DNA of 62,945 nucleotides, the filler included. It is 10 parts of 10 records of this genome, joined end to end, with 100 filler letters (N's around TTAATTAATTAA, not from the genome) between each part and the next. Parts side by side here need not be neighbours in the genome. Positions count along the whole stretch, not along the records: positions 1 to 5,216 come from SRR7504441_3642; positions 5,317 to 23,338 come from SRR7504441_3643; 8 more parts are not named here. The stretch is one strand, 5' to 3'. Each line of letters begins with the position of its first letter. Positions within the stretch are counted from its first letter, which is position 1. Under the pieces are notes generated by a model. That model saw nothing but the letters and a program-made list of their open reading frames with translations, was not told where the DNA came from and searched no databases. A program made the translations under genes and the position numbers. Below are positions 1-9,998 of this stretch, piece by piece.

Positions 1-156
1 TGGGAGCCGGCGGACAACATCCTGGACCGTGGGCTGATCACCGAGTACGAAGCACGGATACAAGCGCAGCAGGCAGGGCCGGAGCACGGCCACACGGTGG
101 TGCTGGACGACGACACGATGATCGTGGACGGGTTTATGATCACTGCACTTCACTAA
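1..156 (+). CDS. 3' end of a chromodomain-containing ORF (partial)
   Basis: Frame 1 reads WEPADNILDRGLITEYE...ALH*, matching the chromodomain C-terminal (T)WEPxxN-helix motif; truncated at the window start. Confidence 0.55.
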   Translation, partial: WEPADNILDRGLITEYEARIQAQQAGPEHGHTVVLDDDTMIVDGFMITALH

Positions 157-326
157 TTCAGGGACGGACTCTTTACTCCCGCGACGTGTTGAGTTAGTTC
201 ATTGCCATGTTTTAATATCTAATAAAATATCCGAAATTACAGTCATCGACAATCATCGATTGTCAATCAATGATTACTTTTGCGTTTTAATTTATCATTA
301 GTCGTATGCATGGATCCAATTGCTGG

Positions 327-1085
327 TTAGACCACATAGCCGGTCTCAGCGTCGCAGCAAGGCTGGCAACAGCCACCCTTTCGGCAGCCGGACGGCACCC
401 CGGACTCTGTCAAGTGATCGCTCCTCTCGAGCTCACGAATAGCCTCAGGCCCTATGGCGATCGCCAGCCACGAGGATCGGATCTCATGCCGTTGCGCGCC
501 ATACTGGTTGTAGACCATGTACCCGAATATATGGGTCTGGGTCTTGCAGAACATGCCCACCTCGGCAAGCCGCTCGTTCAGGTCGTTTTGCCACTCCTCA
601 ACCGCCGATTGGTAACGCCGCGGGTTGTAGCACAGACAGGCCAGACCTAAGCTGGTCAGGCAGGCCGTGATCATGCAGCACGCGCTGGAGGTCTGCGGCT
701 GCACCTCCTTGTCCAGCCGGTCCATGAACTCGCTCCAAAGCTCCTGCCGCAGCCCGAGCGCCGCCAGCCCCGCCGGCACTTTAATTAAATCTCGCTCGTT
801 CATCCCAGGCCCCACCCTGGTGCACCGGCGCGGGTAGAACGGCAAGATCACCCGGCTCTCTGTAGAGTCGGGCCGCAAGAACGCGGTCGGGTGGCAGCAC
901 CGCTTGCAGCAGGGGCAGCAGCACGAGGCCTCTTCCTTCTCGTGGTCTCGGTATAGCGAGTAACCCGGCGGCGCCTGCTTAGCCATATCCGGGTACTCGG
1001 CCGCCAGCTCGCTGTGCTCCTCGCTCTTCTCGCACTGTTCGGGCGCTTGCGCGGGGTCGTCCAGAAGCACTGCGTCTTTGTCCAT
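327..1085 (-). CDS. Cys-rich protein, possibly ERF4/Golgin-A7-like
   Basis: ORF from MDKDAV; WSEFMDRL...CCMITACLTSLGLACLCY...WQNDLNERL resembles the Erf4 domain; Cys clusters. Confidence 0.5.
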   Translation of the reverse strand: MDKDAVLLDDPAQAPEQCEKSEEHSELAAEYPDMAKQAPPGYSLYRDHEKEEASCCCPCCKRCCHPTAFLRPDSTESRVILPFYPRRCTRVGPGMNERDLIKVPAGLAALGLRQELWSEFMDRLDKEVQPQTSSACCMITACLTSLGLACLCYNPRRYQSAVEEWQNDLNERLAEVGMFCKTQTHIFGYMVYNQYGAQRHEIRSSWLAIAIGPEAIRELERSDHLTESGVPSGCRKGGCCQPCCDAETGYVV

Positions 1086-1200
1086 GTTTGCCGGCGGATG
1101 TTTCGGCAACCAGGCCGTTATCAACTGATGAAACCCCAGCTGGTAGTCTACGCTATTACTAATCCTGGACTGTGAAATCATCACCCAGCTTTCTGTGCCC

Positions 1201-2436
1201 ATGGCGCAGCAAGACGAACCGGACGGGCCGCCCCCACCCTACGAGCCGCCCCCACCGGCGCCCCAGCCGGCCGAGTGGCACACGGTGGGCTCCGCCGGCA
1301 TCTTCCGTCTCCAGGCCAGCCCGGGCGTCCCGCGGGAGCTGGAGCGGACCCCGGTGCTGGTCTCGGGCTCGATGGCCGAGGCCCTCGCCGGGTTGACCAG
1401 CCTGCCGGCCGAGTACAGAGAGGCGGATCTTGCCATGATCGAGGCCGGGCCTGAGCACCACAACAGCACGCTCGAGTACGGTCCGGACGCCAACGGCGAT
1501 TTGTGGATGGTCGAGCATCGGTCGGAGCAGAACTGGTGGCTGCAGTCCGACGTGAGCGCGGCGGTCTACACCCGACGGGCCAAGCAGCCGGCCGATGGGG
1601 CGTACCGGCTGATCGCCGTCCACCCGACCGACCCAACCCGGGCGGTGGCGGTGGCTGTCCTCCCGCACCCGGCTGTGTCTTCTGAGGCGGCCGGACGGGC
1701 GCTGGAGCAAGCCGAGGCATGGGCGAGCAGATTCCTGCCGGCCGAGCCGGGGGGCGCGTACCAGATGCTCGCGGGCAACCTATCCCCGGCGCTCGAGGAC
1801 CTGGCAGCCCACGTCTCACCGCCCGAGGCTGCCATAGAGCCCACCTCGCCCGCCCAGCGGATCCTCGCGGACCGGGCGGCGAGCAACAGCACCCAGCCGG
1901 CCGCCGAGGAACTCGAGTGCCCGGTGTGCATGGAGCCAATCGGCGAGGCCGATGCGGCGATGCGGTGCGCGGGGCAAGCCGGTGTGCGGCACTACTTCCA
2001 CGCCCATTGCCTGTCTCGCTGGGCCTCGACCTGCCGCGGCAACTGGAGCCAAGCGAGCTGCCCGGTGTGCCGCGGGCCGGTGGAGGTGCACGCCGAGCGG
2101 CTGGGCGACTTCCTCAGCGGGGCAGCCAGCAGTGAGCTCGATACGGAGAGTCGGGGGATGCTCTCCGGGCTGCTGGGAGGGCTAGGGAAGGGCTGGAGCG
2201 GAGTGTCGCGGGAGCAGGTGGCCGAGGGGATGGGGGTGCTGGCCGGGGCCGGATTCGGGTTCTGGCAAGGCTACAATGGCCGGGCGCCGAGCACGGGTTC
2301 GTTCATTATGGACGACTTGGTTTGGGATAATGCTCCACAATCGGTGAGGATGGCAGTGATTGGCGGCTGGATCGGGGGGCTGGGCACCAGGCTGGTCCGG
2401 TACCTGACCCGCAGCAAGGACGACGACGACGACTAG
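1201..2436 (+). CDS. RING-H2 zinc-finger protein with C-terminal hydrophobic segments (putative E3 ligase)
   Basis: CPVC...C...HYFHAHC...W...CPVCR motif; single exon. Confidence 0.8.
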   Translation: MAQQDEPDGPPPPYEPPPPAPQPAEWHTVGSAGIFRLQASPGVPRELERTPVLVSGSMAEALAGLTSLPAEYREADLAMIEAGPEHHNSTLEYGPDANGDLWMVEHRSEQNWWLQSDVSAAVYTRRAKQPADGAYRLIAVHPTDPTRAVAVAVLPHPAVSSEAAGRALEQAEAWASRFLPAEPGGAYQMLAGNLSPALEDLAAHVSPPEAAIEPTSPAQRILADRAASNSTQPAAEELECPVCMEPIGEADAAMRCAGQAGVRHYFHAHCLSRWASTCRGNWSQASCPVCRGPVEVHAERLGDFLSGAASSELDTESRGMLSGLLGGLGKGWSGVSREQVAEGMGVLAGAGFGFWQGYNGRAPSTGSFIMDDLVWDNAPQSVRMAVIGGWIGGLGTRLVRYLTRSKDDDDD

Positions 2437-2564
2437 GTGGCGAGAGATGCAGTCATAATGTTATTAATAATGCGCGGTACTCGCACCTGATTTTATTATA
2501 TTTAGAGATTCCAACAATACGTTTCACCCCGACGCAAGTGTAACGGACCACGCAAGTACAACGC

Positions 2565-3281
2565 TCACGCCCCGACCTTGGCGCCGACGATTGGCTTGAG
2601 CTCAGCATAAATTGCATCACTGCGACGGTTCTCAGCAAGCAATTCCGGACTCCCGCTGCCGTCAAAGCTCTCCAACACGCCCTGCGCCCCGTAGTGGTCG
2701 ATCAGCGGCGCCGTGTTGGCCGCGTACGCCTCGAGCCGCGTCCTGACTGCTTCGGGCTTGTCGTCGTCGCGCTGGATCAACGGCTCGCCAGTCTCGTCGT
2801 CCTTGCCCTCCGCTTTGGGCGGATTGAAGTCATAGGCGTACACGCGCCCGGAGGGCATGTGCACCCACCGGTTGCTGATCCGCTCCACAATCTCCTCGGT
2901 CGGCACCTCCAAGTTGAGCGCCAGGTCGATTTTGATCTCAGCGTCTAAAGCCTCCGCCTGGCCCACAGTCCTCGGGAAGCCATCGAGCAGCACGTGCGGT
3001 GCGTCGGTCCTCTGGAGCTGGTCGAGCACCAGCGCCACCATCAGCTGGTCCGGCACCAGGCCGCCCGAATCCATGTAGCTCTTGGCCTCCTTGCCCAGTG
3101 GGCTGCCTTCGGCTACGTTGGCGCGTAGCACGTCGCCGGTCGAGATGTGCCCGTATCCAAAGTCCTTCACCAGCTTCTTGCTGATCGTCCCCTTCCCCCC
3201 GCCCGGCGCCCCCATGATCAGCGTCGTGATGCTCCGCTGCTGCCCCGCCCAGCAGCGCCGAAGCGCTCCCGAGCCCAGCAT
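2565..3281 (-). CDS. AK3: Adenylate kinase, AK3-type (GTP:AMP phosphotransferase), with likely mitochondrial presequence
   Basis: GAPGGGKGT P-loop, HISTGDVLR, LDGFPRT, lid RWVHMPSGRVY...QRDDDKPE; start MLGSGALRR at 3281. Confidence 0.9.
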   Translation of the reverse strand: MLGSGALRRCWAGQQRSITTLIMGAPGGGKGTISKKLVKDFGYGHISTGDVLRANVAEGSPLGKEAKSYMDSGGLVPDQLMVALVLDQLQRTDAPHVLLDGFPRTVGQAEALDAEIKIDLALNLEVPTEEIVERISNRWVHMPSGRVYAYDFNPPKAEGKDDETGEPLIQRDDDKPEAVRTRLEAYAANTAPLIDHYGAQGVLESFDGSGSPELLAENRRSDAIYAELKPIVGAKVGA

Positions 3282-3324
3282 GGAAATCGTTACGCTCGTC
3301 CGGTCGGACTGGATCTCGGCATCG

Positions 3325-4996
3325 ATGAGACTACTCGCTGCCGTCCTGTTGCTGGCCGGCGCCTCCGGCCGCTCGGTCTGGCCCAAGCCGCTGCACCAGG
3401 CTGACACCGGTGCGGTGCACGTGATCGACCCAGCGGGGCTCCGGTTTAGCTGCAATGCGTCCAGCCCGATCCTGCTCGACGCCTTCAAGCGGTACAGCGG
3501 CATCATCACGGCCCACGCCGGCGCCAGCTTCCATGCCACCGACACAGCTGCCATCTCGACCTGCGCCGTATACGTGGGCAGCACTGACGATGAGCTCACC
3601 CTGGAGACCGACGCCTCGTACTCGCTGACCGTGTCAGGGAGCGGGATTCAGATCTCGGCCGAAACGGTGTACGGCGCAGTCTACGGGCTAGAGACGTTGT
3701 CCCAGCTGGTGGACCGGGGGGCGTTTATCAACGGCACCCAGATCTCGGACCGGCCGCGGTACCAATTCCGGGCGAGTATGATAGATACGAGCAGGCATTA
3801 CTATCCGTTGGAAGTGATCCTGCAGCACCTGGATGCGATGAGCTACAACAAAATGAACGTGCTGCACTGGCACATCGTCGACTCCATCTCGTTTCCGTTC
3901 CAGTCCACTACTTTCCCTGAAATGAGCACACAAGGCGCCTACAGCCCTGACCACGTGTATACCCACGACGACGTGAGCACTGTGATCGCGTATGCTAAGA
4001 ACCGCGGGATCAGAGTGATACCTGAGTTCGATACTCCCGGGCACGTCCAACAGGGCTACGCAGCGCTCGACCCCCCTATCCTCACGCAGTGCTACGACCC
4101 CAAGACCGGTAAGCCGATCGAGGGCGACGGTGCCACAGGTCCACTGGATGTCACGCTCCCAGCCACTTATACATTCCTGGCCAAGCTATACAGCGAGGTG
4201 GCCAAGCTGTTTCCGGACAAGTTCGTGCACGTCGGCGGGGACGAGGTGCCGTCGGCCTGCTGGGCTTCCAACCCTCACATACAGCAGTACATGAAGGCTC
4301 ACAACCTCAGGTGCGCCGTGCCTGCTCTGGGGTTCACGCAGAGGGCAGCTCGTTTGCCGACTTGGAGACGCTTTACGAGCAGCGGCTGTTGGATTTGCTC
4401 AAGGCGCAAGGCAGCTCGTACATTGTGTGGCAGGAGATTTTCGACAATGGCGCCAAGATCCAGCCCGACACTGTGATCGACGTGTGGAAGGTGCAGCTAC
4501 CGCCCGACTGCAGCCCGCACTGAGTGCATTGGGCCAGGGCGGCAACTGGCAGCAGGAAATGTCCAACGTCACCCGGGCCGGGTTCCACACGGTGCTCTCG
4601 GCGCCTTTCTACCTCAACTATATCTCATACGGTGAGGATTGGCCCAACTACTACAACGTCGAGCCTTCCAACTTCACCGGGGGCGAGGCCGCCGACAGAG
4701 CCGGGCTGGTGGGAGGGGTCGAGGCCTGCATGTGGTCCGAGTTCGTGGACGCGTCCAACTTCATCTCGCGGATCTGGCCACGGGCCGCAAGCGTGGCCGA
4801 GCGTGGCTGGTCCTCTAAGGATACGAGGGACGTCGGCGAGGCTAGGGTGCGACTGCACGAGTTCCGTTGCAAGCTGCTCGAGCGCGGCATCGGGGCGGAG
4901 CCGATCACCAACGGCGGCGACCCGGACGAGCTGCACGGGAAGAACTTTTGCCCTCGGGAGTGGGTGCCAAGGTACGCTCGGCCGTGGGATGGTTGA
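3325..4996 (+). CDS. Beta-N-acetylhexosaminidase (GH20), secreted/lysosomal; 3 exons
   Basis: Signal peptide MRLLAAVLLL; DTSRHY, NVLHWH, PEFDTPGH, HVGGDE, EACMWSE, RIWPRA; introns 4311-4348 and 4491-4537 join the frames. Confidence 0.93.
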
Positions 4997-5061
4997 ATAA
5001 TGGCTGAAACCGCTGATCTGATGATTCCGATGTGCACACGATTGAACGCATTTAGATAGTA

Positions 5062-5101
5062 AGTTGAGGTAGAACGGCGCCGAGAGCGCTGTGTGCAACC
5101 C
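5062..5101 (-). repeat. Inverted 40-bp copy of hexosaminidase coding segment 4580-4619
   Basis: Reverse complement matches at 36/40 positions (GLHTALSAPFYLN vs GFHTVLSAPFYLN). Confidence 0.85.
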
Positions 5102-5216
5102 ACTTACAATAAATATTTGACACCAAGTCTTGATCATAACGGTTCTAACAGTAGTTTCAACGGTGAAGGATAAGCGCACTAAAGCGCATTGAGTACTACA
5201 GTGTTAGCCTTCTACT

Positions 5217-5316
5217 NNNNNNNNNNNNNNNNNNNNNNNNNNNNNNNNNNNNNNNNNNNNTTAATTAATTAANNNNNNNNNNNNNNNNNNNNNNNNNNNN
5301 NNNNNNNNNNNNNNNN
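5217..5316. other. Artificial contig spacer (N-run, TTAATTAATTAA, N-run)
   Basis: Identical 100-bp linkers also at 23339-23438, 26489-26588, 31230-31329, 36658-36757, 42532-42631, 45653-45752, 53067-53166 and 58561-58660; six-frame stop linker. Confidence 0.98.
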
Positions 5317-5323
5317 CCATTGA

Positions 5324-6533
5324 TCAGCCTGGGCCCTGGCACCTCAGATGGGCGAACGAGGTTGGGTAGAACTCTAGAGGGTAATCGACCCCATCCACCT
5401 CCACACGATACTTCTTGTTCACCCGCTCCTTCACCAGCGCCCCCCGCCCGGCGTATTTGCCCTTCTTCATAACTATCCGCCGCCCCTCCCACTCATCCAC
5501 CTCTCCCGGCCCGTAGCTTCGCACTCGCCGCATCGCCGGAAAGCTCTTCGGAGAGTCGAGTGCCCTGTCCTCCAGTGTCTGCACGGCCGGTCGCCCTTGC
5601 GGCCCGTGCAGAGTGCTAATTAGCCCTGAGAGCGCGCCCATTTGTTGTTGGGCCGCGATCCTGTGCTCCAGGTCCCCCGCCATTGGCCCCACCATCGGCC
5701 AGCTGGCCGCAATCGTCGGCAGTTCCGCAGGCGGACAGGACTGGTTGAGCTGTCCACATGGCAGGAATGGCTGAGCGGGCACGGTTGGATAGGGGCCCCC
5801 AAACTGACCGGCAGTGTACGCCGGCGCGGGCACGGCCTCCTGCGAGGTCTCGGCCGGCCCTCGAGGGACGCAACTGAAGCAATAGTCCACTTTGCACGCT
5901 ATGCAGTGCCACCGCTCCTGCTGCCAGGGCTGGGCGCAACTGTCGCAGGTGAACCTGCCCTGCGGGTAGCTGGCATCGGCCCGGTCCGACGGGGTGCACG
6001 GGTGACCGGCCGGGCACTGGGGCACAGTGCAAGTGGTCGGCAGCCTGGGTCCTCCTCCAAAACCAGCCGGGGCCGCTCTCCCCAAGCCCGCCGGCTCGCC
6101 CTCGCCGACGGGCCAACCACGGGCATCCCCAGCCTTGGCCAGATCCCGGGTGCTCCTGACTGTGGACTGTTCCATGAACCGATTTAGCTGGTCGTCAGTG
6201 AACTCCAGCAGCTGGTCACAGGCCACTTGGCTCAGGCCGGACCCCACACGCAAAAGCTCCGGATCGCTCGATCGCGACCCAACCCGGGACAGCTCGGCTG
6301 CGCTGGCCGGCTGCTCCTCCGGGAGGCCCGGGGTGTCTGCCAGCGCCTCCTGGAACGCCTCCAGCGTGCCGTCGGAGCTGGCCCCCGGGCTGAGCCGGCC
6401 AGGGGAGGCAGCCAGGCTACCCGGAGCGGAGCAGTTCGTACAGTTCGTCGTCCGTCGGGCTCATGGTGCGACAGAGCATCGGGTTGAGCCCGCCCGAGCC
6501 CTGCCGGTGCAGCCCCGGCAGACCGTCGACCAT
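5324..6533 (-). CDS. ZZ-type zinc-finger protein with C-terminal KOW/SH3-like domain; 2 exons
   Basis: CPAGH...CDSC...HCIACKVDYCFSC; GRRIVMKKGKYAGRGALV; intron 6379-6421. Confidence 0.65.
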
Positions 6534-6607
6534 CCCTAAGTTTCCATGCCGCAAGCTGACACCAAGTCAGCAGGGTCGCGAAGGCTTCCGTTATAAATCC
6601 TCCAACG

Positions 6608-7853
6608 ATGTCCGAGCCAGATCCCAAGCGTCCGCGAGTCGAGCCGGCCGACTGGTGGCTGCCGGCGGGGTGCGGGCTGACCATGGGGGCAGGACGGCCA
6701 CGCTGCAGCAGCTCCAGACCACCGTGGCTGGACTCCAGGCGCCTGCACCCTCTGGGGGCCGCCAGCGGGGCCGGGCAGTCCACGCTCGCCGGGGCGATGA
6801 CCAAGACGACCGGGGAGCTCGGGGCGTCGGTGCAGATGATGGAGCGGCTCAACGGACTCATGGAGCAGTACCTCGTGCGCAGCCTGGCGATCGGTGCCGG
6901 CCCCGGCTCGGATCCGGGAACCCGGCGGCAGAGCTAACGGCCCTACCGCACGCCTCGTCGACTAAAGAGGCGCCCGCCGCGGAGCTCCGGCTGCAGCTAC
7001 AGAACATGTGCCGCTGCCGCCGGCCAGAGCGCGTCCCAGCCACTGGCCAGGTGTGCCTTCGCCCTACCGGGCCTGACGCTGGAGCTGAGCGCGCGGGCGG
7101 TGGGCGGCCGGCGGCTGGGCGTTACGCGCCGGGCCAGCCCGATGCGGCGGCGGCGACGTCCATCGCGGCGGAGCTGACGCATCTCTCGGGTGCGCTCGGC
7201 CCGGGTGGGTTTGAGCACAGGCAGGCGAGCACTGGTGGAGTGGAGGTGAGTTTGAATTGTCTGGAGGCGAGCGGCACTCGCTGGCTGCGGTGTGGAGGCC
7301 CAGAGCCGGGCTCTCCGCGGTGCCGGGCCGGTCGGGAGGCTGGTGAGCGAGAGGGGCAGTGCGAGCTGGTGGCTCGGCTCAAGTTTGTGAGTCCTGGCAC
7401 CGGCAAGCCGCTCAGCTCTGCGGGCAAATGCACGGTGCCCGTATTAGAACTGGTCAGCTCAGGCCGGGGCTGGTCTGACGGGAGGCAGTGCGGCTGTCCC
7501 GAGGCTGTGCAAGGCGACGCCGGGCTCAGCAGGCAGGCTTGGTCAGGGCTGTGTAGCTGACGGTGTCGCACAGCATCGATGGCAAAGATTCTGCAGAGCC
7601 AGTGCGGTTGGATTTCATGCGGAACTGGCTCGCTGTGCCGGCTGCCGAGGCCTTTCCGTTCGGGCGACAGTACACGCTGGTGTGGCCAGCCTGGGGGCGG
7701 CGGATGAGTGAGGTTGGGCAGTTGTCGGGGACAGTCAAGGTGCATGTGGGGCCTGCAGAGCAGGAGGCAGTGCTGGTGCTGCTGGAGGTTTTCGGGTGGC
7801 CGGGCGGGGCGAGCGGTCGCAGGCGGCCGATGGGGAGCGGGCTGCCCAGTTGA
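6608..7853 (+). CDS. Multi-exon hypothetical protein (N-terminal coiled coil)
   Basis: Introns 6655-6692, 6739-6778 (GC-AG), 6894-6931, 7008-7050 and more give a continuous ORF MSEPDPKRPRVEPADWTATLQQLQ...; 3' exons less certain. Confidence 0.55.
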
Positions 7854-8982
7854 TGCGGGAGCTGATGCACAAGGCGGAGGCGAAGGGCAAAGAGCAATAG
7901 AGTGCACTCTTGCCACGTAGTGGTGAGCTGTGCGGACCCATGCTGGGCCATTGAGATATACGCGATCTAGTTTAGTCATATATAGCTGTGTAAACAAAAG
8001 AATATCGATTGTCAATGCGCGAGGCGACTTGTGCGTGTAACAAATACGAACGAGTGCGAGCATGATGATGAGATAAGTACACAACATAGGTACTCGCATG
8101 GTCGGACCGCACGGACGCCCGACCGGGTTAGCGCCGCTCGCCGGAACGCCTGGGTTGCAAGCCATTTCATTTTTGCATTGTGTTTCATTCGTCAATCGGT
8201 GGACGCTAGCCAGCCTTCACTGCGCTACCGGCCTGCCTCGTAATTACAGCCCTCTCTATTGTGGCCCACTCTTGCTCCGCCGCTCTCGCCGCCTAGCTCG
8301 TGAGCGGCAGCCAGCGAGCCAACGCCCGTGCCCCCTCGCTCCCCTCGATGCTGCGGCTACGCTCCCAGTCGCATCGCCGCAGCCGCCGCCTGCCCTCCCC
8401 GCGCCGGCCTGCGGCTAGTGCTTGTAGAGCAGGATGGCGTAGCCGTTGAAGTGCCCGTTTCACTCGTGCTGTCAGAACCGCTGCAAAATGTGGATTTAAA
8501 AAGGAGACCGTGTGCCGCTCCAGCACATGTCGTGTGAGGAAGCACATGTGGTGTATCGAAGTGTGTTTCTATGCAACCAACCATGAGTACCTCGTCGATG
8601 GGTTGCAGGAATGTTCTGCCGCCTTGTGCGCCTCAAATCGAAGCAATGACGAATATGGAGACCTTGCGTGCAAAAAGAGTGTTTTAATGGCTTGACTTGA
8701 TGATTAAAATGCGGCGGCAATCCGCGTCATACAACATAGTATTTGTACAATGCTGAAGTTTAACATTAGGTAGCTTCAAGCTCAATCATCTCGAGCTCGT
8801 CTGATCTCGAGCATGGTCTTGAGGTAGGGAATCACTGGGAATGTAGCTCTAGAAGGATTAATTATTAATTAAGAGAATGGTCATCGCACCTAACAAGATA
8901 CGCGGCCGAATTCTCGCTGAACCTAGCATTGCTGATAAGAGAGGATTTTGTTGATGACCCTGCACGTGCTAGTCAAAAAGAC

Positions 8983-9960
8983 TCATATGCGTCTGGCGAG
9001 CTCAGCAGCCGCGGCAGAGCCCCGCCCCACGACCCACTGCCACGCGGGATCCACCCACTCGAACCACGGCCGGCCGCCCCTCGCGTCGTCCGCGCGCAGC
9101 TGCGCCTCCTCCTTGTGGGCCACCTCGTCCTCGCAGGCCCAGCGCAACACTCGTACCAGCTCGGCCTTGCCAACTGCCAGCTCGCGAGCCTCAGCACCCG
9201 CCGTGGGTGTTGAGGCCAATTCTTCCTCTAGCCGCTTAATCTGCTCACTATAATGAGCTTCCACGAAAGTCTCAACCGCGTCCGTTGTCACGTACATGCC
9301 CCTCGGGCACCATCCAGCCGACAGTGCCCCGAGCGCGAAGCCCGCCCACCGCCAGGCGGGCAGCAGCACCGAACGGTGCCTGGGTAGCACTATCCTATTG
9401 AGCGCTACCAGGTGCGCTCGCTCCGATGCTGCATGGTGCTCACAAAACCCTATCAATTCCTTCTCGTAGCACCCGACACCGCCACCGGACAGCCAGGCAC
9501 GCTTTGACAGTGCCCACAGCGCGCCGTCGTAGATGCTCACCGCACCTGTCTCGCCGGCGTGATTTGAGCGCAGCTCGCGTCGCAGCCACGGTGGGAAGCG
9601 CGGCTCATACCGACCGATTGCCTCATAGTCGAACAGGGCATCGATCGGCTCGGCCTCGTCCTTCTCACTGAGTTTGGTACTCAGCCTGCGGTGGCCCCAG
9701 AACCCTGGCAATTTGGAGACTCGTACGTCCACCCGGGGCAGCAGCACGCACTGGCCGGCCCGGCTGCCAGCACGCACTGGCCGCAGGGCCCGAGCTCCGC
9801 GATGCGGCGGCGCAGGCACTCGCTCCCCCGCGGTATCGCCGGTGCCTCGCCCGCCAGAGCTGACCAGCCCACGGCAGCTGATCAGCCGGGACCCTGGATT
9901 GCAGGGCAACAGCCCTGCACCGGGCAGCAGCGATCGGAGCGCGGTGCCGGCCCACACCAT
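8983..9960 (-). CDS. COQ7: COQ7-family di-iron hydroxylase (ubiquinone biosynthesis)
   Basis: LRSNHAGETGAVSIY, ERAH, AVETFVEAHY, EDEVAH di-iron motifs; presequence-like N-terminus. Confidence 0.85.
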   Translation of the reverse strand: MVWAGTALRSLLPGAGLLPCNPGSRLISCRGLVSSGGRGTGDTAGERVPAPPHRGARALRPVRAGSRAGQCVLLPRVDVRVSKLPGFWGHRRLSTKLSEKDEAEPIDALFDYEAIGRYEPRFPPWLRRELRSNHAGETGAVSIYDGALWALSKRAWLSGGGVGCYEKELIGFCEHHAASERAHLVALNRIVLPRHRSVLLPAWRWAGFALGALSAGWCPRGMYVTTDAVETFVEAHYSEQIKRLEEELASTPTAGAEARELAVGKAELVRVLRWACEDEVAHKEEAQLRADDARGGRPWFEWVDPAWQWVVGRGSAAAAELARRI

Positions 9961-9998
9961 GGTCGCCCTCGTCGGCGTCAACGGATTCGAGATATGAA

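Noticed and set aside
2565-4476. Apparent overlap of the AK3 ORF (to 3599) with the hexosaminidase ORF (from 3082)
   Set aside because: Plausible starts are 3281 (-) and 3325 (+), which give targeting peptides and a 43-nt gap with no overlap.
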